Of a stretch of 64,000 bases of DNA, positions 39,946-50,574 are shown piece after piece (position 1 is the first letter of the stretch; the number at the start of each line of letters is the position of its first letter). The stretch comes from Candidatus Levyibacteriota bacterium (GTDB lineage Bacteria > Patescibacteriota > Microgenomatia > Levybacterales > UBA12049): the NCBI GenBank assembly GCA_963790825.1, contig CAWBPM010000002.1:423159-487158 (forward strand), read 5' to 3'. The position numbers and the translations under genes were made by a program. The notes under the pieces were generated by a model. That model was not told where the DNA came from and made no database searches. It worked only from the letters and a program-made list of their open reading frames with translations.

Positions 39946-40301
39946 AAACCCCGGATGATCCCAGACATAAAAAACGGCAAGAATTAGTACAAGAATTATT
40001 TAAACGGGAATTTCATCGTCAGCGAATAAGTGTAAAAGCACAGGAAATTTTTGCAGAAATTGAAAAAATAGATAGGCAAATTGAGAAGGCTGCCTCCGAA
40101 TATCCGATTGATAAAATTAATAAGGTTGATCTCGCGGTTTTGCGTTTGGCAATTTTTGAACTTTTAATTGAGAAAAAAGTACCCAAAAACGTCGTAGTCG
40201 ATGAGGCAGTCGAGCTGGCAAAAGAGTTTGGCAATGACACAAGTCCTTCTTTTATTAATGGCGCTTTGGGGAAAATAATGAATTATGAAAAAACTTCCTA
40301 A
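39942..40301 (+). CDS. nusB: Transcription antitermination factor NusB
   Basis: VDLAVLRLAIFE...DEAVELAKEFG...FINGAL. Confidence 0.93.
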   Translation: MKTPDDPRHKKRQELVQELFKREFHRQRISVKAQEIFAEIEKIDRQIEKAASEYPIDKINKVDLAVLRLAIFELLIEKKVPKNVVVDEAVELAKEFGNDTSPSFINGALGKIMNYEKTS

Positions 40302-40953
40302 ATTTAAAAATCAAAAATTATTTGAACAAGCCTTTACTCATCGTTCGTTTTTAAACGAGACCAGGGAAAACACCCAGTCAAATGAGAGGCTTGAGTTTCT
40401 GGGAGACAGTATTCTGTCTTTTATCGTTTCCAACCATTTATACAATGAATATCCTGTTTTTAATGAAGGCGTTCTGACTAATCTCAGATCACTTCTGGTA
40501 AATACGAAAAGTCTCGCAAATTTGGCAAAAGAGTTAAAATTTGGCCAATACCTGAGGCTTTCAAAAGGCGAGGAAGAATCAAAAGGCCGGGAAAATGAAT
40601 CGCTTCTCGCAAATGCGTTTGAGGCACATCTGGGAGCTTTGTATCTGGACCAGGGAATAGGTGCAGCTACCTCTTTTCTGCAGGATATTTTGTTTCCTAA
40701 AATTGAAGGATACGTAAAAAATAAAGCATTTAAGGACCCGAAAAGCTTACTCCAGGAATACGTTCAATCGAAAAAACACAATTCGCCCGTTTACAAAGTA
40801 CTTCGCGAAGAAGGACCACCGCACGCGAAGATTTTTACCATCGGTGTATTCATAGGAGACAGTCTGATCGGCGAAGGGAATGGTAAATCCAAACAAGAAG
40901 CTGAGGAGAGAGCTGCCAAGCAAGCTTTGAGCCAATTAAGAGCCATAAAGTAG
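40285..40953 (+). CDS. rnc: Ribonuclease III
   Basis: NERLEFLGDS, dsRBD. Confidence 0.97.
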   Translation: MKKLPKFKNQKLFEQAFTHRSFLNETRENTQSNERLEFLGDSILSFIVSNHLYNEYPVFNEGVLTNLRSLLVNTKSLANLAKELKFGQYLRLSKGEEESKGRENESLLANAFEAHLGALYLDQGIGAATSFLQDILFPKIEGYVKNKAFKDPKSLLQEYVQSKKHNSPVYKVLREEGPPHAKIFTIGVFIGDSLIGEGNGKSKQEAEERAAKQALSQLRAIK

Positions 40954-41069
40954 ACATAAACCCTGCAGTAGTAAAATTATACACAGAATAAGCAAACTTC
41001 TTAGCCTGAATCATTAGCTGGAATACAGCTCTTGAGAAACTGAGGCGAGTTTGCTACAATGTACATATT

Positions 41070-41291
41070 ATGTCTTTAGTTATACGCTTAAAAAGAATGG
41101 GACGCAAAGGAGAACGTAAGTTCCGTATTGTCGTGCAAGAAAAACGCAGCCGTAGAGATGGTGAAGGTGTGGATTTATTAGGTTTTTATGAAATGGGACC
41201 AAAAGGCAAAAAGCAAATAAATAAAGATAGATTTAACTATTGGGTGTCCAAAGGCGCCAAGCCAAGTGCTACTGTTGCAAAATTAGTTTAG
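41070..41291 (+). CDS. rpsP: 30S ribosomal protein S16
   Basis: IRLKRMG...RRDG...LGFY...GAKPSATV. Confidence 0.95.
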   Translation: MSLVIRLKRMGRKGERKFRIVVQEKRSRRDGEGVDLLGFYEMGPKGKKQINKDRFNYWVSKGAKPSATVAKLV

Positions 41292-41293
41292 TT

Positions 41294-41536
41294 ATGAAAG
41301 ATACACTCCATTATATCGTTTCCTCTATCGTTGAAAATCCGGATGCAGTACAAGTTTCCGAAGAAGAAGTAGATGGAATTGTTAACTTTACAGTGACAGT
41401 GGCGAAAGAAGATATGGGGAAAGTAATTGGTAAAGAAGGGAAAGTTATTAGAAGCATTAGAAATGTAATGAAGATTAAAGCCATGAAAGAAAATAAAAAA
41501 ATTAATATAACTCTTTCCGAAGTACCCCAAGAATAA
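41294..41536 (+). CDS. khpA: KH-domain RNA-binding protein
   Basis: DMGKVIGKEG; lies after rpsP. Confidence 0.88.
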   Translation: MKDTLHYIVSSIVENPDAVQVSEEEVDGIVNFTVTVAKEDMGKVIGKEGKVIRSIRNVMKIKAMKENKKINITLSEVPQE

Positions 41537-41583
41537 ATTTTCTCCAAATTTTTAATAAAAACTGTATATGCTACAATAATTCT

Positions 41584-42291
41584 ATGAAGATTACGATTCT
41601 TACTCTGTTTCCGGAAATGTTTCAAGGTCCATTTGACCTGTCAATTATAAAAAGAGCGAAAGAGAAAAAACTTATCGAGATAGATCTGATTAATATCAGG
41701 GATTTTGGTATCGGGAAACATAAATCGGTCGATGACACACCATACGGCGGAGGTGTCGGTATGATTATGCGGATCGACGTACTGCATACGGCGATAGAGC
41801 AGGTTCTTAGCAAAAATACTCAGAAGAAGAATAGAATTGTTCTTATGTCGGCTGCCGGGAAGCCGTTTCATCAAGCAAAAGCAAAGGAACTTTCAATGTA
41901 TGATCATCTAATTCTTATCTGCGGACATTATGAAGGTGTCGACGAGCGGATACTCGCATTTATTGATGAGGAGATTTCAATCGGAGACTTCGTGTCGACA
42001 GGGGGGGAACTTCCGGCAATGCTTATTACTGATGCGGTAACACGTTTACTCCCCGGGGTTATTTCCGAAGGAGCAACGGAATCTGAATCGTTCTCAGAAA
42101 CTGCTGGTGGTAAAGAACAAACTAAGCAGAAATTGCTGGTAGAACATCCACAGTATACAAATCCAAGAGAATACCGCAGTCTATCAGTGCCGGATGTACT
42201 CGTTTCCGGAAATCATAAAATGATTGCAAAGTGGCGAGAAGAGGAAGCCAAGAAAAAAACCAGCCGTAACCGTCCGGATATAAGTAAGTAA
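41584..42291 (+). CDS. trmD: tRNA (guanine-N1)-methyltransferase
   Basis: DDTPYGGGVGM, CGHYEGVDER, SIGDFV.TGGE. Confidence 0.97.
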   Translation: MKITILTLFPEMFQGPFDLSIIKRAKEKKLIEIDLINIRDFGIGKHKSVDDTPYGGGVGMIMRIDVLHTAIEQVLSKNTQKKNRIVLMSAAGKPFHQAKAKELSMYDHLILICGHYEGVDERILAFIDEEISIGDFVSTGGELPAMLITDAVTRLLPGVISEGATESESFSETAGGKEQTKQKLLVEHPQYTNPREYRSLSVPDVLVSGNHKMIAKWREEEAKKKTSRNRPDISK

Positions 42292-42350
42292 AGCTTCACA
42301 ACCTTTGATTATAATATCAAATATTTGCAAAAGGTGGAGAGAAGAATAAA

Positions 42351-43079
42351 TTAGAAAGGCGAATTGAAAGAACTTGACGACGTAGACATTGGATTTACAA
42401 TATACTCACTGCCAGACTGCCAGGATCTGAGGTTAGTCAGTAAAGATTGGCTCGTTTTACTCAGGGGTTGAATCGGTTGGGTATCATCTATGTTTATAAC
42501 AGGGAGAGGTTTATAATAAAATGCCAGGTTGATTGTCGTAACTTTATCGATAATTTCAGTTTTGACAACCTCAGCAAGCGGCAACTTCTTTTGAATCTCC
42601 TCTGTAAACTTTTGAATCTGAGAAAGTGTGTTGTTACTGATAGAAAGCGACACATCTATTGGTGATTGGTTTTTTTGTGAAAGGGATGTAGATGAGGAGA
42701 CATTACCCACACGAATTGTATAGTCGTCAATCATTACTCCGGAGGCAAGGGCCGCATCGGAAATTGCCTGTATAATTCCCGAAGGATCGCGGTCTATTGG
42801 AAGTGCTAAGTAGGCTGTAGCCAAATTATCATCAAGTTCAGATGTATTAATTGTTGTAATGTATGATAAATTATTTTGTATCGTAGCGATTTTTGAACGC
42901 TCTACCGCTGTTTCATTTTCAATAGAGAAAAGCTTATTAATTTGGGGAATAAGCAGAAGTCCTACGATAAATAAACAAACAATAATTACTCCAAGATATA
43001 TCGATAGCGAGTAATAATCAGAGTTTCTGAAGCGGTAATAGTATAGCCTGATTGTTTTTTCATCTATTTTTATTGTCAT
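42351..43079 (-). CDS. Type IV pilus alignment protein, PilO-like
   Basis: TM + coiled coil + ferredoxin-like domain; follows pilM and pilN. Confidence 0.65.
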   Translation of the reverse strand: MTIKIDEKTIRLYYYRFRNSDYYSLSIYLGVIIVCLFIVGLLLIPQINKLFSIENETAVERSKIATIQNNLSYITTINTSELDDNLATAYLALPIDRDPSGIIQAISDAALASGVMIDDYTIRVGNVSSSTSLSQKNQSPIDVSLSISNNTLSQIQKFTEEIQKKLPLAEVVKTEIIDKVTTINLAFYYKPLPVINIDDTQPIQPLSKTSQSLLTNLRSWQSGSEYIVNPMSTSSSSFNSPF

Positions 43080-43612
43080 AATACTATATCAACAGAACAG
43101 ACATACTTGGATGTATCTGTTTCCAAAGATAATCCGTCAAGAGACATTGTAGTAAAGTCATCGCGCTTACTAAATTCAGACTCTAAAGCAGTGACATACG
43201 AATCAATTGCCGAAAGTGACGGGGAAGAAATTCTGACTAGAACAACATTTTTATCTAGTGAAAGCGATTCGATTGTTACCCCCTGTGATTTTTGGGGTTG
43301 TAGCAAATTGAGAATTTGATCTTGGGAACCACGTTTTTTCAGAATAGCGTTAATAGCAACCAAGCGTTCTTTAGTCATCTCGAGTTTCAAAACTTTTGGA
43401 TCAAATTGTGTCATTTGAAAAGTTAATGTGTTTTCAGTTTTTCTCATCCCTGACAAGGGAGAGAATAAAATAAAAATAAAAAGCATTACCGCAGAGATAG
43501 AAACGAAAAAAAGAAAACTGATTGAAACGAGTCTTAGGATAAAGATTCTCTTTTTCAGTTTTTCATTTGCCGTACTCTTTTTATCAATAAGTAGATTTAT
43601 CTCACTTTTCAT
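43076..43612 (-). CDS. PilN-like protein
   Basis: N-terminal INLL motif plus TM helix. Confidence 0.75.
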   Translation of the reverse strand: MKSEINLLIDKKSTANEKLKKRIFILRLVSISFLFFVSISAVMLFIFILFSPLSGMRKTENTLTFQMTQFDPKVLKLEMTKERLVAINAILKKRGSQDQILNLLQPQKSQGVTIESLSLDKNVVLVRISSPSLSAIDSYVTALESEFSKRDDFTTMSLDGLSLETDTSKYVCSVDIVL

Positions 43613-44642
43613 AATCCTTTAATGCAAGTCCTGTCGCAACAGTGTAAATAGGAGATTCATTCTCCAGGTCTTTAGGGACATTTCCGATCGCTCGTACTTT
43701 CCAGGGATTTACAACAATTGTTTCGACGTCGACATTTTGCACGAAAAATAAATCAATTCCCGGAAGTTTTGCAGTTCCTCCGGCTAAGAGTATCTGACTG
43801 ATCGGTAAATCGTTTTTATATTTTTCATTGTAAAATGTAATTGCTTTTTTTACCTCGGAAAGAATAGACTTCAGTATTGGTTCAATTGCTTTACCAATTT
43901 TAGCACCTAAATTTTGGTCAGAGATGCCATAGGTTCTTTTATATTGTTCTGCCTGATCTATCGTAAAAGCAAAATCTGTGGCAATTGCCCTGTTCATCGC
44001 GACTCCGCCCACCGGAATAGAATAGGTAAAGACAATAATACCTTTCTGTGTGATTGAAAGAGAGGTACTTAAGGCTCCAATAGTCAAAATAAGTGCTGTT
44101 GGGGAAGTGTTAGTTACGCCGATTGCGCGTACTACTGAAATCATTTCTGTCTCAATAGAAAGAAGGGATACTCCTGCAAGTTCCAGGACGTGCTGGTATT
44201 TCTGAATCAGATGTGTCGGCGCACCGACAAGTAGTACCTGCATCTTTGCTGCTTCTTCGTTGCTTTCAGGACGACGTAGGATTTGATGAGCAAGTGTGAT
44301 TGTTGACAGCGGAGCCGGGATATACTGTTCCGCTTCCCAATAAACAGCATTTTCCAATTCTTTGTCAGATAATTTTGGGATGTCTAAAACCTTGATATAT
44401 ACCTGGTCATCTGAAAGAGCAATATGAGCATAATTCGTAGTAATTCCGGCATCTATAATGAGTTTCTGGATAGCCTGCGCCATTTGTTCTTGGTCAAAAG
44501 GGGATTCTGACCACATCCCCCTTGGCGGAGTAGGACTGCTTAAACACGAACGAAGTATTAGGTTTTCTTTTGCCTTACCCAACCATACTACTTTTATTAA
44601 AGTTGTCCCGATGTCCAGACCGAATGCGTCAGTATCTTTCAT
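43602..44642 (-). CDS. pilM: Type IV pilus assembly protein PilM
   Basis: GLDIG, EAEQYIP, LAGGTAKLPG, ATGLAL. Confidence 0.93.
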   Translation of the reverse strand: MKDTDAFGLDIGTTLIKVVWLGKAKENLILRSCLSSPTPPRGMWSESPFDQEQMAQAIQKLIIDAGITTNYAHIALSDDQVYIKVLDIPKLSDKELENAVYWEAEQYIPAPLSTITLAHQILRRPESNEEAAKMQVLLVGAPTHLIQKYQHVLELAGVSLLSIETEMISVVRAIGVTNTSPTALILTIGALSTSLSITQKGIIVFTYSIPVGGVAMNRAIATDFAFTIDQAEQYKRTYGISDQNLGAKIGKAIEPILKSILSEVKKAITFYNEKYKNDLPISQILLAGGTAKLPGIDLFFVQNVDVETIVVNPWKVRAIGNVPKDLENESPIYTVATGLALKDYEK

Positions 44643-45442
44643 GATGATTTTGCTACAAAAAGTGAAAATGGAAAAAATTCAGTTGGCAGTTGTGGATATC
44701 CTTTATAAACTTTCAATTGACGCACTGTATCTCCTGAAGTACCGGTGGAAGATATAACCTGTCCTTGTGATGGCAGAAAGGAATCTCCCTTTACCGCCAT
44801 TACTGTCCCACTATAGAGAGGGATAACACGAGCAAGAAGACCACTATTTACCGGAATAGTTGTACTATTTTCAAATGCTATTCCACCGATGGTATTACCA
44901 CCGGAAACTGAAGAAAAATTATTAGCTGCCCGACGTGCTCCGCATGGGTCGACTGCGAAATGGCTTACAGTAGGTGACGCTTTATCCCCGGACAGCAAAA
45001 CTACCTCTATGGCAGTTTCTGTATTGGTCGCAGGATCTAAACTGCAAACATCGGAGGATGATCCCCAATAGATTGTCAAATTACCCGACCATGGATTAAG
45101 ATAGGTTGGATATGTACTAAGCCATATATCAAACCCCTCGTCTTTATTAACAATTGTTCCGTTATTCAGCAGCAATTCTGCTCCTGCCACCGGATTCACC
45201 GAAGTAGCGTACGAAGAATTATTCGCAAATGTGCCGGCAGTTGACGTATTACTTTTTATTACCTGTTCCGCTCCCGCTTCGGCCGCCGAAAGCGCCCGTT
45301 CCGAATTTACCTCTTCTGTTGAGGTATGAAGATTCGTTAAGCTTGTCGTTGCTACCGATAAACCGATTGTTAATGATACTACCATAGCCAAAACAACCAG
45401 GAGAAGAATCTGTCCATTTTCAAAATATTTGTCGTATGTCAT
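44639..45442 (-). CDS. PilX-like minor pilin
   Basis: GQILLLVVL...ALSAAEAG. Confidence 0.75.
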   Translation of the reverse strand: MTYDKYFENGQILLLVVLAMVVSLTIGLSVATTSLTNLHTSTEEVNSERALSAAEAGAEQVIKSNTSTAGTFANNSSYATSVNPVAGAELLLNNGTIVNKDEGFDIWLSTYPTYLNPWSGNLTIYWGSSSDVCSLDPATNTETAIEVVLLSGDKASPTVSHFAVDPCGARRAANNFSSVSGGNTIGGIAFENSTTIPVNSGLLARVIPLYSGTVMAVKGDSFLPSQGQVISSTGTSGDTVRQLKVYKGYPQLPTEFFPFSLFVAKSS

Positions 45443-45510
45443 ATAGCGACTACTAATATCGTAACAACCGCGCTTGCAACCTGTCAACTCCAACCTAATT
45501 TTCTTCTCGG

Positions 45511-46071
45511 TTACTGACCAAAATTCCGGAGTGAAACCGAGGTTTGAAAGGGAATAGTAGCATTATTTTCAGGTAAATTGCTGGTAGTTTTGCTGGATAA
45601 ACTAAAAGAAAGACCGATATCGGGAGGAGCTGTTACAGTAATCTGAGTACAAGTAAATGAACAGGAAGAGAGCACTACTGTTCCGGTATTAATAAGAGAA
45701 ACTGTCGACGCAGCTGTTGTCTCGGTAATAGCAGGCCCTGGACCTACACAGCTATATGTCGTATCAATGCCGGTAGATGTTGTAATTCGCAGGAAATTAT
45801 ATTGATTAGACCCTGTGGCTGTACAATCCGTAGTATAGGTAATATTATTGTTACTTACCCCGGCGAAACCCGAGGCGAAACGCACTGTTTTTATTATCTG
45901 AGCTATAGCATAATCACCATTTTGGCGAACTACAGTCAAGGTATTTACCTTGGTGGCAGTACGAAGAGACGCGAAATAGATTCCGCTCACGATTGCGCTG
46001 ACAAAAACCATAATTCCCAATACTACAAGTACCTCAATAAGCGTAAATCCTTTATTTATTTTATTTTTCAT
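45511..46071 (-). CDS. Minor pilin (PilW-like)
   Basis: KG-FTLIE prepilin motif. Confidence 0.85.
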   Translation of the reverse strand: MKNKINKGFTLIEVLVVLGIMVFVSAIVSGIYFASLRTATKVNTLTVVRQNGDYAIAQIIKTVRFASGFAGVSNNNITYTTDCTATGSNQYNFLRITTSTGIDTTYSCVGPGPAITETTAASTVSLINTGTVVLSSCSFTCTQITVTAPPDIGLSFSLSSKTTSNLPENNATIPFQTSVSLRNFGQ

Positions 46072-46523
46072 GGTGCGGGTGCTGCTGTAAAATTAGATAA
46101 ACATGTTGTCAGATTAACACTATGGCAGTATGGATTACTTACATCGCGGCATTTCCCATCACTCCATGAAACTCCTACATTTACTTGGGTAATTCCGCTG
46201 CAGCCCGTCGGATCGATCTTTACTTTACGGATAAAATTATCAACATTTGGCGTAGTACAGCTGCTTACCAGCGTCGGATCATTTTTATTTAAGCAATAGG
46301 TGCCGCTAAAACTGGAAAATGAGCTGTAATTACTGTCGCGAAGATTTCGCATAGTTTCAATTCCTTCCTGCGCATATTGCTCTGCCAGATTTTGGTTTTT
46401 ACTAAATTCCGCGTTTTGCAGACTGTTAATAACCAGCGTCGTAACTGCCGTCATTATAATAACTGCTATTGCCAGACCTATAACCACCTCGATAAGGCTT
46501 TGTCCTTTCATATAGCTATACAT
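46068..46523 (-). CDS. Minor pilin (PilV-like)
   Basis: KG-QSLIE motif, AQEGIE. Confidence 0.8.
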   Translation of the reverse strand: MYSYMKGQSLIEVVIGLAIAVIIMTAVTTLVINSLQNAEFSKNQNLAEQYAQEGIETMRNLRDSNYSSFSSFSGTYCLNKNDPTLVSSCTTPNVDNFIRKVKIDPTGCSGITQVNVGVSWSDGKCRDVSNPYCHSVNLTTCLSNFTAAPAP

Positions 46524-46527
46524 TCTA

Positions 46528-47025
46528 TTAATTCGCTGTTGGATTGCCATTGCTATCAATGTTGATCGTTTTAGAACTTCCAAATCCCTGTAGTATAATC
46601 TTATTACTGCCCACTATCGTAATTACACTACTGAAAACAGGAAAGGTAAGTGAGGAGGATACTGAGGTAAAGGTAATACCATTCGGAAGTGAACTAATTT
46701 GTAAATGGACCGGAGTATCACAATTCGCATCCAGCTCAAATGTAACGGGTGGAGATATCTTAACCGTATAGTTTACCAATTGTCCTGAGCAGATGGTAGG
46801 CTTTACTTGTGATTGCGCATCGGATTTGGCAGTTTGCAGCATGGTCACGATGTCGCGAGTACTTTCCTGAATTGATTGATAATTTTTATAACTAATGACA
46901 TTAGGAATTGTTATGCTGAGAAATATTGCACTAATTGCCATTACCAATAATAACTCGACCAGTGAAAATGCACATTCCGTTATTTTCAAAGTAAGGATAT
47001 AACGCTTATAGAAATTTCTCATCAT
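46528..47025 (-). CDS. Minor pilin (FimT-like)
   Basis: A-FSLVELL motif. Confidence 0.8.
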   Translation of the reverse strand: MMRNFYKRYILTLKITECAFSLVELLLVMAISAIFLSITIPNVISYKNYQSIQESTRDIVTMLQTAKSDAQSQVKPTICSGQLVNYTVKISPPVTFELDANCDTPVHLQISSLPNGITFTSVSSSLTFPVFSSVITIVGSNKIILQGFGSSKTINIDSNGNPTAN

Positions 47026-47027
47026 AA

Positions 47028-47474
47028 TTAGGGATTGGTATAGGTTTTTGAAGCACCAGTAGTACAAGCCGACTGGGTGGTAGCATCTTTATCAGGATCG
47101 CTTGTATATTCCAGACAAGCGAAAATACTGTATGTCGTTCCCGTACTGCTATAGCCATAAATACCTCCGGTTTTCGGATCACAGGGAATATTCTGCATAT
47201 AGGTAACGCTGTTATAAGTCAATGTTTTATTGGCGCCGCATGACGACGGAAATTGACCGGCAGGAGCACTTGACGTCGGGTAGGAACCGGCGTCTGCACG
47301 ATACTGTTCGAGGACTGCTTGAATTTTCAGCATATCTGTTTTACGCTCCGCATCTCTGGCTTTTTGCATCTCTGCTACCGGATTAATAAGGATATAGACA
47401 CTGGTAGCTAAAACGCTCATCACGCCAATGACTACCAAAAGCTCAACTAATGTAAAACCACGTTCTTGACGCAT
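47028..47474 (-). CDS. Type IV pilin (GspG-like)
   Basis: RG-FTLVELL, KARDAERKTD, YP, PCDP. Confidence 0.88.
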   Translation of the reverse strand: MRQERGFTLVELLVVIGVMSVLATSVYILINPVAEMQKARDAERKTDMLKIQAVLEQYRADAGSYPTSSAPAGQFPSSCGANKTLTYNSVTYMQNIPCDPKTGGIYGYSSTGTTYSIFACLEYTSDPDKDATTQSACTTGASKTYTNP

Positions 47475-47519
47475 ACCTCTACTCTTCTTAAGCGTAACAT
47501 ATAACAAATACCTTGTCCA

Positions 47520-48320
47520 TTAAAAAGGCAGATGCAGCCAGAGTAATAAATTCTTAAGGATTAGATCACTCCAAAAAACATTCAGAAATGTGCCGATTAC
47601 TAAAAATGGGCCGAAAGGAATAGTCCCGCCCTTCAGTTTCTTTTTTTGAACCAGAACAAGAAGAAGAGAAACAACAGCTCCGACTACAAAAGCAATATAA
47701 ATGGCGAAAAACGTCCCGGGAAATCCTAAAAGTATTCCCATAAAGAAGACAAATACTACGTCTCCGAAGCCGATTCCTTTCCCTTTTGTTATAATGAATA
47801 ATAATAAAAAGCAAAAGAAAGCTCCTACGGCAGAAAGGATGTGATTAAATAGGAGTTGTGGAAAAAGAAAAAAGAACCATAAAAACACTAAGATACTTGC
47901 CGGAATAACAACCGTGAAAGGAATAATCCCATATTTAAGATCCGTGAAAAAAATGACAATCAAAGAAGAAATAATAAATAGATAATAAATAAGCTGCAGA
48001 TCGAAAGAAGGGGAAGTGGATAGTCCCCCATAGTTATTCCAGACAATAAGTGCTGTTGTTAAAAATAGTATACCGGTAAGAAGTTCTATAGAAGGATAAT
48101 AAAAACTCAGTTTTTTGTGGCAATACCGGCATTTGCCCGAAAGCATAATAAAGGAAATAAGGGGGATAAGATCATACCATTTAAGCTTTTTTTTACACAA
48201 TTCGCAGTAAGATCTACCTAAAAGAATTGACTCCCCACGCGAAACTCTATCAACGATGACATTAAGAAAGCTACCGATAATTAAACCAAGAGGAAAAACT
48301 ATGAATAAAAACAGATCCAT
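47520..48320 (-). CDS. pilD: Prepilin peptidase
   Basis: GSFLNV, CELC...CRYC, GFGD, PFGPFL. Confidence 0.93.
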   Translation of the reverse strand: MDLFLFIVFPLGLIIGSFLNVIVDRVSRGESILLGRSYCELCKKKLKWYDLIPLISFIMLSGKCRYCHKKLSFYYPSIELLTGILFLTTALIVWNNYGGLSTSPSFDLQLIYYLFIISSLIVIFFTDLKYGIIPFTVVIPASILVFLWFFFLFPQLLFNHILSAVGAFFCFLLLFIITKGKGIGFGDVVFVFFMGILLGFPGTFFAIYIAFVVGAVVSLLLVLVQKKKLKGGTIPFGPFLVIGTFLNVFWSDLILKNLLLWLHLPF

Positions 48321-48387
48321 AATTCTATTAAATCAGAAAAACAAAAAATTTACTAATTATTAAAGACTCTTAAAGATCGAGGACTAA

Positions 48388-48906
48388 TTATTTCAAAGTA
48401 GTATCACCAGGCTGCGGTTCACCTGATGCAGGACAATCAACTCCAGTCCGTCCTGCTGCTGACGACCATGTTAAATATGCAGTACCGGAAGCGCATTTAG
48501 ATTTTTCCGAGCTGGATTCTGCAGGAGTGTATACTACCGCTTCAGGTGTTGCATTAACGTTATAACAATATCCCCCTTGAGCATTAGTACAAGTAGGAGT
48601 AGTATAAGCAGGACCTGTCGGATTAGCAGGTATAATTTTTAATTCACCTGCTGTTTGTAGGGTGGTCACCCATGCAGCACCTACCGCAGGAAAGCTATTC
48701 TGTACAGTATAATACGCTTCAACAGCATGACCCAATTGATCGATAGTTGATAATCTCCCAGCATCTCTTCCTCTGGCAAGCTGCTCGGCCGGATTAATCG
48801 CAAGAAGCACTGCGGCTGCCAATACGCCTAAAATCGCTATTACTACCAAAAGCTCAATAAGCGTGAAACCCCTGCGGTAATTTTGTGCTGGAGAAAACTT
48901 AATCAT
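48388..48906 (-). CDS. Type IV pilin, probably the major pilin
   Basis: RG-FTLIELLVV, own promoter, Cys pairs. Confidence 0.88.
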   Translation of the reverse strand: MIKFSPAQNYRRGFTLIELLVVIAILGVLAAAVLLAINPAEQLARGRDAGRLSTIDQLGHAVEAYYTVQNSFPAVGAAWVTTLQTAGELKIIPANPTGPAYTTPTCTNAQGGYCYNVNATPEAVVYTPAESSSEKSKCASGTAYLTWSSAAGRTGVDCPASGEPQPGDTTLK

Positions 48907-48987
48907 ATATAATAAAATATACTGTACTATATTAGTAGAACAGACTTAAAGCTTCTTGTCAAGTATCTATTTTACTTTAGTTTTATT

Positions 48988-50493
48988 TTAAGTGTGGATA
49001 AGGCCGACTTCTTTACCGTTATGCTCGTGTGACACATTGTAAGCTCGCATTGCCTCTTCGCTAAAAACCGGCAGGGTAAAGGCAAAGATAGCTCCTTTTC
49101 CTTTTCCTTGCGAAGAAACTGAAATCGTTCCTGAGTGGAGTTCAATAATTGATTTCGAAATATAAAGCCCGAGTCCTGTTCCCTGAACGCTTGATTGATT
49201 TGACGTATAGGACCCCTCAACTAATCCGAATTTCTGAAACAACTTCGGAATATCAATAGGGTCAATTCCTACACCCGTATCACTAATTTCTGTCCGAACC
49301 ATATTATCAACGTGCCGGAAACTGATACCGATTCTTCCGCCGCGGGATGTAAATTTCAAAGAATTTCCAATCAGATTAAAAAATACTTCTTTTAGTTTAT
49401 CGGCGTCTCCCAGAATAACCGGCGAGAAATCGGCAGTATATAACATTACTTCGACTCCTAATTCTTTCGCATGAGACAAAACGTCACTCAATACCTCACT
49501 TGCCATCTTATCGAGAAGTACTTTACCCATCGCCACCGTTAACCTGCCTGATTCGATACGCGAAACATTCAGCATGTCATTTACGAGTTTAATGAGTCTG
49601 TCCGTTGACTGATATGCACGGTCCAAATACCACTTTTGCTTTTCAGTGAGGTGGCCGCCTCTTCCATCCAGAGTCATCCATAAATATGACTTAATCGCTG
49701 TCATAGGCGTACGCAGCTCATGCGAAGCCACAGACACAAATTCAGATTTCAATTTATCCAGTACTTTTAATTGTTCGTTCTTATCCTGTACCTGTTTATA
49801 CAAAAGCGCATTATCCATAGCAATCCCGATAACACCATGCAAGCGGCTTAACAAGTCTTTGTGATAGTCCGACAGTTCTTCAGTTGACTCATTAAGACAA
49901 ATAATCATTCCGCCGATTACCTGACCTCGCACTAACAACGGATAAACAAACGACGTTTTTATATTTGCCTCCCGTTGAACTTGGTTAATCTCATCGATAC
50001 TTTTCGCATCCAGCGATAAACCTTTAAAAAAGTCCGAAAGGTTGTCAGTTTTCTTGACTTCTTTATCGACTAACGCTTTAACCAATAAGTTATCTGTTTG
50101 TGATATTGATATATCTTTAAAAGTGTAAATCTTCTTAAGCATTGCCTCATGCATTTCATAAGTACTGTCAGTGAGATAAATCGACAAAACATGAATGGCT
50201 TTTGCTTCTTTAATCATGTAAATAGCCGAGATACTGAATTCTGCATCTTCTACCAGTACTTTAGTGACTTCTTTTGCAATCTCTATTGCGTCGGTTGCGG
50301 AAGAAAGTACTATTTCATCAATTTTTTGCAGAATTGAGAGCGTCTTATTTTTTTCCGCAAGTTCCATGTTCTTTTTATACATTTCCTGGGTAATATGTGT
50401 AATTTCATCATTTGCAGCGGGAGCCGTATTAACAGGACTCGGAGAATTGGGTTGTATTTTTTTTACCGGAGAGAAAAGTGAACGAAAGTTCAT
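48988..50493 (-). CDS. Soluble GAF-domain sensor histidine kinase
   Basis: GAF domain, SHELRTP, NLIGNSLKFT, DTGVG, GTGLGL; no TM helix. Confidence 0.93.
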   Translation of the reverse strand: MNFRSLFSPVKKIQPNSPSPVNTAPAANDEITHITQEMYKKNMELAEKNKTLSILQKIDEIVLSSATDAIEIAKEVTKVLVEDAEFSISAIYMIKEAKAIHVLSIYLTDSTYEMHEAMLKKIYTFKDISISQTDNLLVKALVDKEVKKTDNLSDFFKGLSLDAKSIDEINQVQREANIKTSFVYPLLVRGQVIGGMIICLNESTEELSDYHKDLLSRLHGVIGIAMDNALLYKQVQDKNEQLKVLDKLKSEFVSVASHELRTPMTAIKSYLWMTLDGRGGHLTEKQKWYLDRAYQSTDRLIKLVNDMLNVSRIESGRLTVAMGKVLLDKMASEVLSDVLSHAKELGVEVMLYTADFSPVILGDADKLKEVFFNLIGNSLKFTSRGGRIGISFRHVDNMVRTEISDTGVGIDPIDIPKLFQKFGLVEGSYTSNQSSVQGTGLGLYISKSIIELHSGTISVSSQGKGKGAIFAFTLPVFSEEAMRAYNVSHEHNGKEVGLIHT

Positions 50494-50542
50494 ATATATT
50501 CAGTATACAGTAAAATTGTGAATTGCAAAATCCTAAACTAAA

Positions 50543-50559
50543 AGGGGAGGGAGCTGGTC
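50543..50559. repeat. 17-bp direct repeat, copy 1 (displaced 3' end of the 93-aa gene)
   Basis: AGGGGAGGGAGCTGGTC, identical to 51521-51537. Confidence 0.85.
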
Positions 50560-50574
50560 TTGTAACGCAATAGC